NCBI GenBank assembly: GCA_002269645.1
Contig: NIVC01003198.1
Location: forward strand, 1-62,104
DNA from: Macrostomum lignano
Taxonomy: Eukaryota
Length of the DNA: 62,104 nt
Direction of reading: 5' to 3'
Within the stretch, counting starts at the first letter, position 1. Each line of letters starts with the position of its first letter. Positions 1 to 12,889 of this stretch are shown one piece after another. Both the position numbers and the translations under genes were made by a program. The notes beneath the pieces are model-generated. The model saw only the letters and a list, made by a program, of their open reading frames with translations, did no database searches and was not told the DNA's origin.

Positions 1-1445
1 CGACATTCGAGACCCATTGTGTTGGCTCATCAACCCGAACGATGGTGCCATCTTTCTCTAGTCGTTCAAGCTCGCACTTTAGAGGCTGGTATGCTGCAAA
101 TGGAACCTTTCGAGGTGGCTGAACCTTTGGAACAGCGCTATCGCTTAGCCGAATCGTATAAGGTTGACTCATACAGCCTACACCGTTAAAAACTTTGGCG
201 TAACTAGTTTTCAGTTGGCCTGGAGTGAGCTGTGATGGCTTTGTGACCTTAGCGAAAGTCTTTGGACTTTGTTGGATACTAAATAACTTTTTGATTAATT
301 CTAGGTCTTTCAGTGCAGACTTGTAGCCAATTATTGGCGTCGAGTTCTCGCCTACTACCACTAGCTGAATTCGGAGATTCTTTTTGCAGGGTGATGACAC
401 AGTCAAGTGTGTGACACCTACATCATCCAGCTGCTGCTTATTGTACGTCATCAGTGTCCATGAGGTTGGCTCGATCTGAGCCTTTGGAGCCAGCTGAGTT
501 AGGTGCCTCAATGGTATGACGTTGACGTCTGCCCCTGTGTCGACCTTGAACAGCAGCTTTCTGCCAGTCTCTTTAACAGTCAAACTCACCATCATTGGGA
601 ATTGCTAGTTGGTGGATTATCCTGGCCGCAGTTTGGCTTCTCCAGCGTCATGCTCGATGCCGACATAGGAACTAGAGACTCGTCTTCTTCAACCAGCTCA
701 TTAATCTTCTTGGACGAGCGGCACATTCATTCTTTCGACCACAGGTGCTGCATTGCTTTCCATAGGCCGGACACTTGCGTCGTTCGTGTTGGTAACCACA
801 GTAACCGCAGCTGCGTCCCGGTGGCTTGAATTGGCTGGCTGACCTTGAACCGCGTCCACTGATGAAGATGTCGCACTGAGTGGAATTCGACTTGGCTTGC
901 TAAGGCTCGAGCTTGTCGCTTTGATGTCTCAGAAGCTCGTCCGATTTGAATCGCACGGTCCAGTGTGAGCTTTTCCTCCCTCAACAGTCTTTTTCGAATG
1001 CTGCGGGTCGTTGCTCCCGATGACAATTTAGTCTCTAATGACGCTGTTGACGATATTCTCCCGATTTGCTGGCTTTTCGTAGTTGCATCGTTTTATTAAC
1101 TGACGCAGAGAGCTAACAAACTGATGGAATTCCTCTGCATCACCTTGGACTCTAGTCCTGAAATGATAGCGCTCAAATGTCTCCTTAGAGTTTGGCTCAC
1201 AATATTCTTGAAATTTTGCGACTACCTGCTCGTATGTCTTTACTTCCTCTGCTGCAAATGTTGAATAGATGTCTTGCCCTTCGGCTCCTAATGCAGTAAG
1301 AAGTGTTGCAATTTTCACTTCGTCGTCCTCGCTCGTCTTCTTGGTAGCCTTCATTTAGAGATCAAACGCCATTTTCCATCTTGGCCAATTCTCCGCACGG
1401 TTTGTATCAAAGGCGATTCGGTTCTGGAGGCCTCAGACCATCCAT
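1..1445 (-). pseudogene. Gypsy gag-protease-RT(5') region, decayed, truncated by the window start
   Basis: Nearly identical to 45127-46580. Gag-like start MDGLRPPEP at 1445, TFERYHFRTRVQ in gag, DTG protease motif. Stops and frameshifts present. Confidence 0.9.
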
Positions 1446-1454
1446 GCTTATTTT

Positions 1455-2870
1455 ACAAGTAGTATGAAGACGCACACGTCTTTTTGCCACCAGTGAACGG
1501 GCTTCTTTTTAGACGTGGGTCTTCATACTACTTGATAAACCTAGTTTTGTACCGATAAAAAAGAACTGAGAATCTCAAGAAAAATTTAAATCTCTACTTA
1601 TCCCATTTTTCTCTTTGTCTGTTCTGTTTTTCTCCTCTCTAATCTCTCTCTAGTCTCCCCTCTCCTCTCGCTTTTCTCTCGCCTTGCCTTATCTTTATCT
1701 CCTCTTTTCTCTTCTCTATCTATTCTCTTTCATTTCCTCTCTTATCTGTCCCGCAACCATGAACTGGAATCTTCTACAATAGGCCCTCGATCTAAAAAAA
1801 TTGTCTAAAGTCTCTAGAGCGTAGCAGGGTTATACAACTCCATTTAAGCTGGTTGTTTCGGCGCAAGATCCTCTAGCATCAGCTTAAGTGCTTGGAAAGC
1901 CAGGCCAGTTTTGTGGGACCTAATACTCATACTGACTGATACTATCAATCAGATAGTACACTAAACTGACATAAGATACGGGGTTGCAAAAAAAGCTATA
2001 AATAAAGTTATTCCAAAACTGTACATACCTACTTAATAAGCCGCGTATCGCCTGACCTTTTAGCCTGGGGGGGGGATGTACACATAGTGACTTGGAGCAG
2101 CGAAATCAGACGGCGGCAATATAGACCAATATAGTACAGCAACTATGCTATAGAAATTCGAAATCGGCTTATTCGCACCATGTTCTCAAAATTATAATGA
2201 GCAATAATGCGAAAGTCATGTGATTTTTTGAAAAATCGATTTTTTCGGCACTGCAGAATCGTAGGGAAACAAAACTTTAGACACTTGTAGATTTTTGCAT
2301 TGCGCATCCAACTGCACTGCTTTGAAGCCCAAACTCAAAAAGCTTCGTAGGAAAAATTGGCGAAATAATAAAATGAAGGTCATTTTTACCCAAAAAACCC
2401 ACCAAAACTGCATAAAGACGCCGAAATAAATTAAAGTGCCATATACCATTTTGTAGGAAATTTAGTTTTACAACTTTGATCCTTAGATGTCGAAGCCGTA
2501 TCTCGTAAGGTGTACCAGAATTTTGAGATCTCCCAGAAGCACTTTTGAAAAAATCGTCTTTCCACTTAATTTACGGCTTAGTAATAAAATCTCTGCACTT
2601 AAAAGTATATTCATTCGATAGATTTAAAAGTTTTCTATCGATCAACACCTCACTCAACTCAATCGGTGCAGTGGTTGCAAAACAGGAGCATTTTTTGGCG
2701 AAAAAACGTGAAATTTAAAAATGCTATGTAAGAGTCTAACTTATTTACTCGTAAATACTTTCTAGCCCATGTCGGCCTTCGGCCGCCATGGTAGAAATTA
2801 TTCACTCGCCCTCGGCCCCTAACGGGGCCTCGGGTTCTTTCGCTCTCGGCTCGTTCACTGGTGGAACTAG
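1455..2870. mobile_element. Non-autonomous composite repeat (X-Y), HINE/Helentron-like or MITE-like, copy a
   Basis: Starts acaagtagtatgaagac with a 16-bp inverted repeat, has a CT-rich tract and ends cgttcactggtggaactag. Recurs at 3188, 46590 and 48356. Confidence 0.65.
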
Positions 2871-2894
2871 TTGCAACTTAAGCTTGCGACGCCA

Positions 2895-3058
2895 TGCTAT
2901 GTTATAAGAAACGAGACCAAATGGCTTGCTAAGTTGTGTCGACAGCTCTTGATTCAATGGATAAGTAAGCGAGGTCTTTTATTAGTTAATTTGCAAGTAC
3001 CTACATTTAGAAAGTACAGTGCATCGCGCAGATGTACATAGAGCGCTCAATGCTAACA
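2895..3058 (-). mobile_element. Gypsy 5' LTR (164 bp) of copy 1
   Basis: TG...CA sequence matching 48063-48226 and 41712-41875. PBS-like TGGCGTCGC lies directly inside it on the minus strand. Confidence 0.85.
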
Positions 3059-3187
3059 AAACACCCAAGTTAGATGGTTTTATTTTCATGCCAGGCGAAG
3101 CTTTTATATAATAAACAAAGGGGGTGTGGGGTGCATCGTAATTGACGGGGACAACTCAAAACTAAATTAGATAAAATTTTTAACAAA

Positions 3188-5398
3188 ACAAGTAGTATGA
3201 AGACGCACACGTCTTTTTGCCACCAGTGAACGGGCTTCTTTTTAGACGTGGGTCTTCATACTACTTGATAAACCTAGTTTTGTACCGATGAAAAAGAACT
3301 TTGAGAAGCTCAATAAAAATGTAAATCTCTACTTCTCCCATTTTCTCTCTTTGTCTGTTCTGTTTCTCTCCACTCTAATCTCTCTCTAGTCTCCCCTCTC
3401 CTCTCCTCGCTTCTAGCTCTCGTTTTATCTCTTATCTTCTCTTTAGTCTTATCTCTTCTCTATTCTCTTTCTCTCTCATCTGACCCGCAGCCATGAGCTG
3501 GAATCGAGTCTTCCATAATAGGCTTTAGAAGGCCTCGATATAAAAAAATTTCTAATGACTCCAGAGCGTAGCAGGGTTATATTTTGCAAAGAAAGCTATA
3601 AATAAAGTCTTTCCAAAACACTGTACATACCTACTTCAGAAGCCGTATCGCCTGACTTTTTAGTCGGGGGAGGATTGTACACGTAGTGACTTGGATCTTG
3701 CGCCCGACAAACTTTGTACTGGGCTTGCAATTCAAATGTGCCTGTTAAAGAGCTAAATTTAATACGAAATTCTAATCACGTGACGCCCGTTTATCGATCT
3801 AATTTCCCTTGGTCTGTGTGCGAGTCAAATGAAGCTCTATTACACGCCCTCCAAACCAAGCCGCCAAGCCCTCTCGCGTTGCCACAACCCCACTTGGAAG
3901 GGACGGGTGTGTACATTGTATGTACGATTATTCCTTCCTTTCCTTTCCTTTCTAACCAGCTTAACTCAGCCCAACGCCAAAGCCATGCAAGCAATCGCAT
4001 GCAAATGCAAATTATGCAAAGCGGTATGCGGCTTAATCTGATGAATTTTGGTGCAAAAAATGCATTTTTACCTCAAAAGAACATCGAATGGTTATGAAAC
4101 TCAAGAAATCTGTTAAATTAGCTGTATGGAATACTGTGCATTGGTTTCAGTGCAAAATTCTTACCATTTCCAGTTTAAATAGCCCCGAAACTAACATAAA
4201 AGTAAAAAGTCAAGTTTTCAGTTTTTTATCGATAATTTTTTACCCAATGAACCGAATCTCTAGAAATTGCACACAAATATGCCTCATTATGTGGGAAATC
4301 AGGCGTCATTAAAATCTTGTCGTCCTATTGCGTTATTTTGCCTGATTTCAAGCAAAATATAAAAAAATCACTACTCTGATCGATTTCCAATCACTTTTGA
4401 CACATGAGCACTTGTTGCAGACACTCAAAAACTTGGTAAATTTTAGCCAGACATTAGTACAACTAATTGCAGTGTCCGCATTTGATTTACCATTCTTTTA
4501 AAAATTTAATCACCCTTTTTTCTGGCACCCAATCAGCCAAAAATCACAAATTATCGATTTCTGATCGATTTTTCAACCCGAAAGCAGCGAAATCAGACGG
4601 CGGCAATTTAAACCAATATAGTACAGCAACTATGCTATAGAAATTCGAAGTCGGATTATTCGCACCATGTTCTCAAAATTATAATGAGCAATAATGCGAA
4701 AGTCATGTAATTTTTTGAAAAATCGATTTTTGTCAATTTTCTCAGCACTGCAGAAGCGTAGGAAAACAAAGCTTTAGACACTTGTAGATATTTGCATTGC
4801 GCATCCAACTGCACTGCTTTGAAGCCGAAACTCAAAAAGCTTCGTAGGAAAAAGTGGGGAAATAATAAAATGAGGGTCATTTTTTTACCCAAAAAACCCA
4901 CCAAAACTACATAAAGATACCAAAATAAATCAAAGCGCCATATACCATTTTGTAGGAAATTTAGTTTTACAACTTTGATCCTCAGATGTCGAAGCTGTAT
5001 CTCGTAAGGTGTACCAGAATTTTGAGATCTCCTAGAAGCACTTTTGAAAAAATCGTCTTTCCAGTTAATTTACGGCTCATTTAAAAAATCTCTGCATTTA
5101 AAAGTACATTCATTCGATAGATCTAAAAGTTTTCTATCGATCGACACCTCACTCAACTCAATCGGTGCAGTGGTTGCAAAACAGGAGCATTTTTTAGCAA
5201 AAAAACGTGAAACTTCAAAATGCATAAGAGTCTAACTTATTTACTCGTAAATACTTTCTAGCCCATGTCGGCCTTCGGCCGCCATGGGTAGAAATTATTC
5301 ACTCGCCCTCGGCCCCTGGCGGGGCCTCGGGTTCTCTCGCTCTCGCCCGACGCCGCCTTCGGCGGCGCCGGGCTCGGCTCGTTCACTGGTGGAACTAG
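3188..5398. mobile_element. Composite X-Y repeat, diverged copy b, with ~0.9-kb internal insertion
   Basis: Same termini and order as 1455-2870. Extra sequence at about 3696-4582 splits the gacttgg|agcagcgaaat junction. Confidence 0.6.
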
Positions 5399-5765
5399 GA
5401 TTTATAACAAATAATACCGTATAAAACAAAGGATTTCTGATTGCTTGCTAAATTAGATTCGAATGTAGCTACTTATAGTAATACAATGGGGATTGGCCAG
5501 ACCTTACATCAATAGCAAAAGCAGACGTGTGAAATATTTTGCTAAGCTTTGACGTTAGCATAAACTTAAATTCACTTAGAAGCTCGGCTGAAAATAGAAA
5601 ATACGGACTCTATTCCACTTTTTCTATTTTAAAATTTTAAAGAACCGAAAGTAGTGATGTAAAAAAATTGCTGACATTTGCAAACATTTAATTTTCCGAC
5701 AGATCTATAAAACTCGGTTTACAACAAATATACGCTTGTATCATAAAACTAAATTCGATTTGCAG

Positions 5766-6401
5766 TACCCAGAGGTAATCATTCCAACGAAGCCAGACGC
5801 CATCGGCGAAAACTTCGAGTGGAGCCTGGTCTGCTACTCGTGTGCTCAGCCGAACGACGTATTGCGCAGCAGATGGCACCGCTTGCAGAATGAATGTGCC
5901 AACTGTGACAAGTGCATTCTGCTGGTCAGAGAGAAGGCCAGTGTGGCACCAAGTGACGTTTGGCAGCGTGTCCGACCCAGACCAAGGAAACTCGTCAAGC
6001 TGGACATGTGCAGGAGATACAGCGATATAGAATCCTGCAACGGTTGCAATCGTTCTGAATGCGACTTTGCCCATGGAGACGCGGAGCTGCGGCAGTGGGA
6101 GCTGGAGAGAATCGGCAAATTCTCCTTCAACAAGCTGCTGGAGTCCAATCGATCAGCTGGGTCAGAACTGCCGCTGATTCTCTGCGAGCGACCTGCGGTC
6201 GAAGGAGGCTCGGAGACCCGAATTTTCTACACGGGTCCGGAGTCGCTTCCGCCAGACTCCCTGCTGGGAAAGCACAAAATTCCTGCTATTCGCTCTGCAA
6301 CTCTCTACTTGAAGGAACTGAGTGCCAGCATCAAGGCATATGCTTCAGTGCTCACTGTGCTGAGGAGGAGCAGCTGTGGAACATCATGCAACAGAAAAGA
6401 G
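5766..6401 (+). CDS. Gene A (upstream copy) exon 2: CxxC module plus two ZC3H7-like CCCH fingers
   Basis: ttgcag acceptor, gt donor at 6402. Motifs WQRVRPRP...C..C..CDFAHGDAELRQW and CFSAHCAEEEQLW. One 1-bp deletion near 6249 relative to 51418, probably a sequencing error. Confidence 0.85.
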
Positions 6402-6492
6402 GTTAAATCGAGATGCTTACAGAATTCTAATCTTTACGTTATAGCTCGTAATATTGAATAACGCTCGTGTTACAATTCATTAACTGTTTTAG

Positions 6493-7128
6493 ATAATTGG
6501 CCCGAACATCTGGTTTTAAGAATCGACAAAATCGAGCCCGAACTCATTGGCTGGAGCCTCGAATCGAGCTGCGACTACATGTACAAGCTGACCTGCTACA
6601 GGTGCTCCGAATCACTGGATCCTCTGAGAAGCAGATTCAAGCTGAAGGAAACACAGAACTGTGAGCGGTGCGACCAGAGCATCCTGCTGGTCAGATCGAA
6701 GAACAATCAAATCAACAAGTGGCAACGCATCCGAGACAGACAAGGACATCTGGTCATATGTGATCTCTACCAATCAAACAAATGCAGGCGCTCCGAATGT
6801 GACTTCGCTCATGGCGATGTGGAACTGAAGCTGTGGAAGCTGGAGAGAATCGGCAAGCTCTCCTTCGACAAACTACTGAAGTCCAAACTGCCGCCGATTC
6901 TCTGCGAGCGGCCTGCGGTCAAAGGAGGCTCGGAGCCCCAGATTGTCTACACGGGTCCGGAGCCGCTTCGCGCCAGACTCCCTGTGAAACGTAAAGATTT
7001 CCACACTCTCTGCAACTCGCTGTTTCAAAGAAAAGAGTGCCTACATTACAAGTATAATCGCGGCAACTGCTTCTATGCTCACTGTGCTGAGGAAGAGCAG
7101 CTGTGGAACATATTGCGAAAGAAAAAAG
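6493..7128 (+). CDS. Gene A (upstream copy) exon 3: second CxxC plus two CCCH fingers
   Basis: ttttag acceptor, gtaag donor, phase 1-1, open throughout. WQRIRDR...CDFAHGDVELKLW and CFYAHCAEEEQLW. Confidence 0.88.
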
Positions 7129-7213
7129 GTAAGATAATCATATTGATATGCTATTAGAGTACGTTTTTAACCTTCGCTATTCTCTCTTCGTAAATTAGAA
7201 CCATGGTTTGGAC

Positions 7214-7583
7214 CATAGATCTTATATTCCCTAGATAGGCCACTTTGTATGGCGTAAATAGAGAAAGCGCGACCGCTGTTTTTCGTCACTTGTGCTTTTG
7301 TGCTTGTGTTTTTCGTTTTTCGTCACATGGGTTGCTTAAATTTTGAGTTCAGTAGCTTAGAGACATAGACGCTATTTTTGAGAATTTAATAGAACTTCTC
7401 ATGAATTGAATAAAAAGCTACTCAATCAAACTATGAATGGTGCATGCACTGCAGAGACTACGGACGAAATTGAGTTCAGTAGTTGATTTTCGCGCTGTCG
7501 CAAGTTGCAAATGTTTTTACATTAGCTTTTATGGCCACATGAGTGGTTAATGAGTGGCCCATCCTGTGTATATATGATCTTTG
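7214..7583. mobile_element. hAT-like MITE in intron 3
   Basis: 8-bp TSD GTTTGGAC (7206-7213 and 7584-7591). Imperfect TIR catagatc.../...gatctttg. Gene B has the empty site with a single gtttggac near 20348. Confidence 0.85.
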
Positions 7584-8097
7584 GTTTGGACTCATGTTTG
7601 ATTTGGGTGCGCATTTTAGCAATGTGCATTGTAACACGATATAAATGTGTAAAAGCGTGCATTAAACGCTAGAAGCGGGCTTAAATGGCTCGTGATCGCG
7701 TATTGGCTGGAGTCATTTAATGCACGAGAAATATATATCGTGTTACAATACTACTCAATACTTGGTTTTTCTGGCTTAAATGGCTAGGTCACGATTGCGC
7801 ACTGTGCTCAAAACCAAGTATTGAATCCTATATTCGGCTGTAAATGTTTTGATAAGCGGAATTTTCATCTATGGATCATCCTGTCAAATATTGTCTCATT
7901 TTGAATTGCAGAATTGTATGCGAAAATTCTATCTTTAGCTATCAGAGATTTACTGTGTGCCAACTAAATCATGTTACCCTTCCCATATAATCTGTTTATA
8001 TATGACGCTGTTTTCTTGGCCTCTACCTACATGTACAAAATGCAATACAGAGTTACCTCCTCTTACGCTCGTATCTAACACGCTCAATTACATTTAG

Positions 8098-8450
8098 AGA
8101 AGTGGCCTCTGGAGCTGCGAGCACTGATCGACCGAATCCAGCCTCAGCCACAACCGAGGCAGCAGCAGCAGCAGCAGCAGCAAGGAAGTTTCGGAACTGA
8201 ACAACATTCCTTCGGAGAATGCGGCGCCCACAGGGCCAGCAACAGCAGATCAGAGCGGGGCTGCGCTGTAGGTCAAGATGCTCCTTGCTCAACGCAACAG
8301 CAATTAGGAACTTGGCGGCCGGCAACATCAAATCGGAGCGGGACTGCACTATCTGCCGTAGGTCAGGCTGCTCCTTACCCACCACAACATCAAGGAAGTC
8401 GGCAGCCAGCGACATCAGGTCAGCAGAAGGACAAAATTCGCGACAAATAA
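8098..8450 (+). CDS. Gene A (upstream copy) exon 4: Q-rich low-complexity tail
   Basis: atttag acceptor gives the required phase 1 and an open frame E-K-W-P-L-E-L-R-A-L-I-D-R-I-Q to TAA at 8448-8450. Homologous to the gene B last exon. Confidence 0.6.
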
Positions 8451-8854
8451 ATCAAAGGGTCAGCAGAGCTCCAAGAGCATCAGATTTGAGGATCTCCTTG
8501 AAGAGGAAGAATAACCTTTAAAAGACTGTCCTTGCTGAATTTTTCCTATCTACTATACCTTGTACTTACACTTAAGTTATTCGTCTAACTCTCTGGAACA
8601 GCTTCCCGAAATTGAAACAAATTTTAGCGCACAAGGGCCGCTAAAAAGGAATCCGCGCAGTTTTGTCTTAATAAAATCAAATGAAACTCTGATTGATGAA
8701 ATCAACCAATACCTAACTAAAATGAGCTCGTGACTTGATCAGATCCCTCACTCCCTTTATACTTGTATTCTATCAATCTGGTGGTTCTATATTCGTGCGA
8801 TGGATCAAATTTGGTCTACAAAGTGAACAAAAATCTAAGAAAAGCAAAATTCAA

Positions 8855-9022
8855 TTGGGCCCGGCCATAGACTACAGAAACGTATTTATTCCCCACTTGG
8901 GCCCGGCCATAGACTACAGAAACGTATTTATTCCCCACTTGGGCCCGGTCATAGACTACAGAAACGTATTTATTCCCCACTTGGGCCCGGCCATAGACTA
9001 CAGAAACGTATTTATTCCTCAC
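8855..9022. repeat. 42-bp minisatellite, 4 copies
   Basis: Unit ttgggcccggccatagactacagaaacgtatttattccccac. Homologs at 21504-21711 and 54003-54170. Confidence 0.95.
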
Positions 9023-11619
9023 TGGCGCAATAAAGCTTCAAAACTTTATAAAGTTTTATTTCTTTTATCAGCCTTTTTATCGACTTGTCTATATTTGCTA
9101 ATCTATATTCGTGATCTGCAATATTACTTAATTACCTTCAGTCCACCACTATTATAATAATTAAATAAGCGCCGTGCAGTCGGTACTTTAATTTTACATT
9201 TTTCCATTTTTAAAATTGTATTGAAGCACGAAACAGTTAAAATCGATTTTTATTTCTCGAGTCTCCGGTTTACAGTCTTTGCCTTTTTCGGTACTTTTGC
9301 TAGTCAAGCCAGTTTATGGCAGGTTTTTAAACCGTTGAAACTTTTTCCAGTCTCTGGTTTACAGTTTGTGGTTTTCTCGCGGTAGGTTTGTTAGTCAAAC
9401 CATCTTTGCAATTACGAGTTTATTAACCATAACTCATAATTGCAATATCCTTTAAACTCCCTCCAAGCTTTTGCCGTTATGTATGCACTAATAGGTGGCA
9501 GAGTTATTAAGTGTTGCTTAACTGATTATGGCTGTGGATAATTTATGCTACTAATTTTTTTATCATCATAACTTTTCCATATCTTCTCAGCTATTCGCAA
9601 AATATTTATATGCATATTAACTATAAACCAATACATCGATATATGAGGTTAACGCTATCCCCATCTGGATATGTCTACCGGCCTGTGTGGCTACGCTTAT
9701 TGCGCGTCTGAAAAGAAGCTTCAACAGAGTCTAATATTGATGTCTTGAATTTTACTTTTTAAGCAACAGTATTACTGTTGGTAGTACTACAGTAGCAGTA
9801 GTACTTCGCCCGTTCAACTGCACACACTTGTGCTTGCTGATCAACGTCAGCAAATGCATTCTGTTGGAATGAGGTCCTTCCCAGCTGCTTCACAAGGATG
9901 TAGTGAATGTTCGTCCGTGGAATGTCCATGCAAGATGTCTTCGAGCTATCGTAGATTCACTCTTAGATCTGCACCCACCCAGTGTCTGTTGAGCACGATG
10001 ATGCACTCGCTTTTTTCTATTGCTGAAGTTCTATCATAGCTCGTATTATATAAATAACGGCTTGCGAGCTTCAGCTATAGAGTTTTCTAGAGCTCAACAA
10101 ACTGTGACATGTATATAGTAGTCTCAGAAGGAATATAATTGAATTACTACACATTTCATAGTATCTTGAAACTGTTGCTCAACTTGATCCAGCTCGTCTA
10201 GAAAATTCTGTCGACCTGTGGCTTCTTACCGAAAGAGTGCGTCATAGAATGCATTGAGCAGCTTCATTTTATGCGCTAGTCGTGTTCTGTAGTGGCTGCA
10301 CCGCATGCTTTGAGCCGCTGCTCCGCCTAATGATTGATGGTCACGACTTCGTATTGAAAAAAACGTTCGAGACGTCCTCACCAAGATGAAGGTCTCAAGG
10401 TCACCACATCAGGCCCTTGTCGAAAGCCATGGCAACATGACAATGCCTTCGCATACGTAGGGATCCCACAGTGAAGTTACGGATGCACGGACTTCTCTAC
10501 TAAGTCAGTGCACTGTATGTCACCCACATATAGTGGGGTGTGGCTACGCGTTGGAATGGTGCACTTTGATGTATTGACGACTGTGACGATATGGGGGAGT
10601 GGGGAGTAAGCGCGTGCTCTCAGCAATAAGCTCAAAGGGGAGTTATATAGTAATGAATTTATCACAGTTTAAACTCGTTTCACCTTTTATTGCCTCAGCT
10701 CGGATAATCATGCAGGTGCAGCGGTGGCAATTTGAGATGGTGTTGAGCCTATCGTAGGGTAGATGGGTACGGGTGGCTCGGCAGATGCTACTGTTCTGTT
10801 GCACAGAGGAAAGAGAAATCAGAGAACAAGCCTATAGGGCTGTTTACGCAGGTTTGTGCCAGACGTGCACTGTAAGAACAAAGAGCTGGAATATTGTTAC
10901 TCCGCTCGCTGGGCGGAGGGGTTTTATTTTAGCATTAAAAACTGGACCGCAACACTGTGTTCCCCATAGTTCGCATATTTGTGCTTCTATTTATTTTGGC
11001 CTCAACCGACCGCCGAGTAAGTTTATGGTGGCCCTGAAAAGGGCCGTTTGAATTTCCAGTCACCTCTTAATACACAACAGCTAGTCTGCAGCTGGTGCAG
11101 TCGGTGCAGCCGGTCCCGCATTATCTTCAGCTCAAAACGCCGCAGGACCATGCAGACGAAACACGCGGAAGTGATGCTGAATCGGATGATATCCGTGTAG
11201 ATCCACTGGACCGTCTGTGGAGTCGAGAGCTCCCATGCAGGTAGGCGCAATGTCTCTCATTTGTGCAGAGCATCGCTTAGCGCACCCGATGACATTGACA
11301 ACATATGCTTGGTCCAGCGTAGATCATGCGCGAGCGTTACGACTCGTACAGTTCAAGGACTGCTGAAAAAATCTATATATCTACTTACCTACTTCAAGTA
11401 ATCTACTTAACTAGTCCTTAATTAAAGCGTTTCACCTAGGCATTTTGTTTCTTGTGGGATGTCCTTTCTATAGATGGTGTCTCGCATGCTCCACCACTTC
11501 CGCTTTCTGGTGAAAAAAATGGCCACCATCGTCTTGGCGGTTGCTAATTTATAGTTAGGCAATGTTGGGTAGCCCATTGCTCCTTATGGGCGAACTGCTG
11601 CATCAGGTTCCGGAGAAAG

Positions 11620-12125
11620 CTGGTGTCAGGGCCACTGAAAAAAGCTACGACATCCGCGTAACCGCACGGCTCTGATGATGCTGCTGGGGGCGTCAATTGT
11701 CAGGAGTTCGTCGTCGATCACAAGATTCCAGATCAGGTAGGTGAGCACCCGCCTTTGGTTCCGCCCTTCATCACCGTGTGGTTTCAGCATCCACATTGAG
11801 CTGTCACCGTTCTGTTTCGGATCATAAAGTTGATGATCCATCGCACAACACTTGGTCTGACCTTTTTCTCTTTCCTTTCCCTTTCTCTTTCCTCTTTCCT
11901 CTTTCTCTTTCTCTTTTCCCTGTTTCTCTTTCCCTTGAAAGGGAATCTCTGAAAGAGACAAATTTTGACACTATCAAAAGGCCCCTTCGATGTCACAGAA
12001 AAACCCACAGGCGACCTGTTTGTTAAGGATGGCTTTCTCAATGACTGAGGTTATAACATGCAGCGCGTGCTCGGTGGTTTTACCTGGTTGAAAGGCAAAC
12101 TGGTGCCTAATTATGTTGTGACTCG
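11620..12125 (-). pseudogene. Non-LTR retrotransposon RT fragment (R1/LOA-like)
   Basis: Translates HQFAFQPGKTTEHALHVITSVIEK...FFCDIEGAF (clearest in the 57119-57270 copy). Broken frames; boundaries approximate. Confidence 0.7.
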
Positions 12126-12889
12126 ACCTAATCGAAACTATAACTACATGTAGTTGGACTCTCCCAGCGAGTGGGCAACGAGATCGCCTCAGCCTGCTGC
12201 CGGACCTGGGCTGACTTCGGTAACTGAGCGTATGAGCGTAACGTCGCGTCTAGAGACTTGAGCAGTCCGTCCCTAATCCCCCCAGATTCATGCAGTGTCC
12301 ACTGTGAAAGCGTCTCCCACCGAAGAAACAAATAATACTGACTAATTGTTGTCCTTTGGCTATAGTTGGCTGTGTCGTTGAAACCAAACTCAGAACCGCG
12401 CACTTTCTCACTCACCGCCAACTCATTTATAACAATATTTCATTCACACGCACCCCAAAAAATCTCTAGGGTCAGAGATTGGGGCTAAAAAATCCTTCTA
12501 GCTGACTGCCGATTGGCCGATAAAAACGCACGCACATATCAAATTTGGGAACAGAGGCTACAAGTATTTGGGGGTCGGGTCGCGTGGGCGATCAGTCCAG
12601 CCAACAGAGCTGGGTATGCTGGGTATGCGGCGACTCCAGCTGGCCGGCCGCATCATCCGCACCGAGTCGTAGTGCCCACAGCCGGTGCGAGAGGTGCTGC
12701 TGCTAACTCTGCAGGCACCCTAACGGCGGGGGCAGGCGCGCACTTGGCGTTTCGTCGACTGCCTGCTGGCTGACGCCGGCGCCGTGGATTCGGCCGGCGG
12801 CGTGGCGCTCATTCGCAACCTGGCCTTGAAGCGCACGCTGTGACGCTAACTGCGTATTCGGTTGTTGTTGTTGTTGTTGTTGTTGGAGC

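Noticed and set aside
6240-6255. Frameshifts in gene A finger exons (here and 52230-52295) as evidence of pseudogenisation
   Set aside because: Each is a 1-2-bp loss in a short run, is present in only one of two near-identical copies, and clusters with other 1-bp losses. Sequencing error is more likely.
10200-11600. Short ORFs of 60-110 aa
   Set aside because: No recognisable motifs or splice-consistent model. Their recurrence at 55300-56750 only reflects the duplication.
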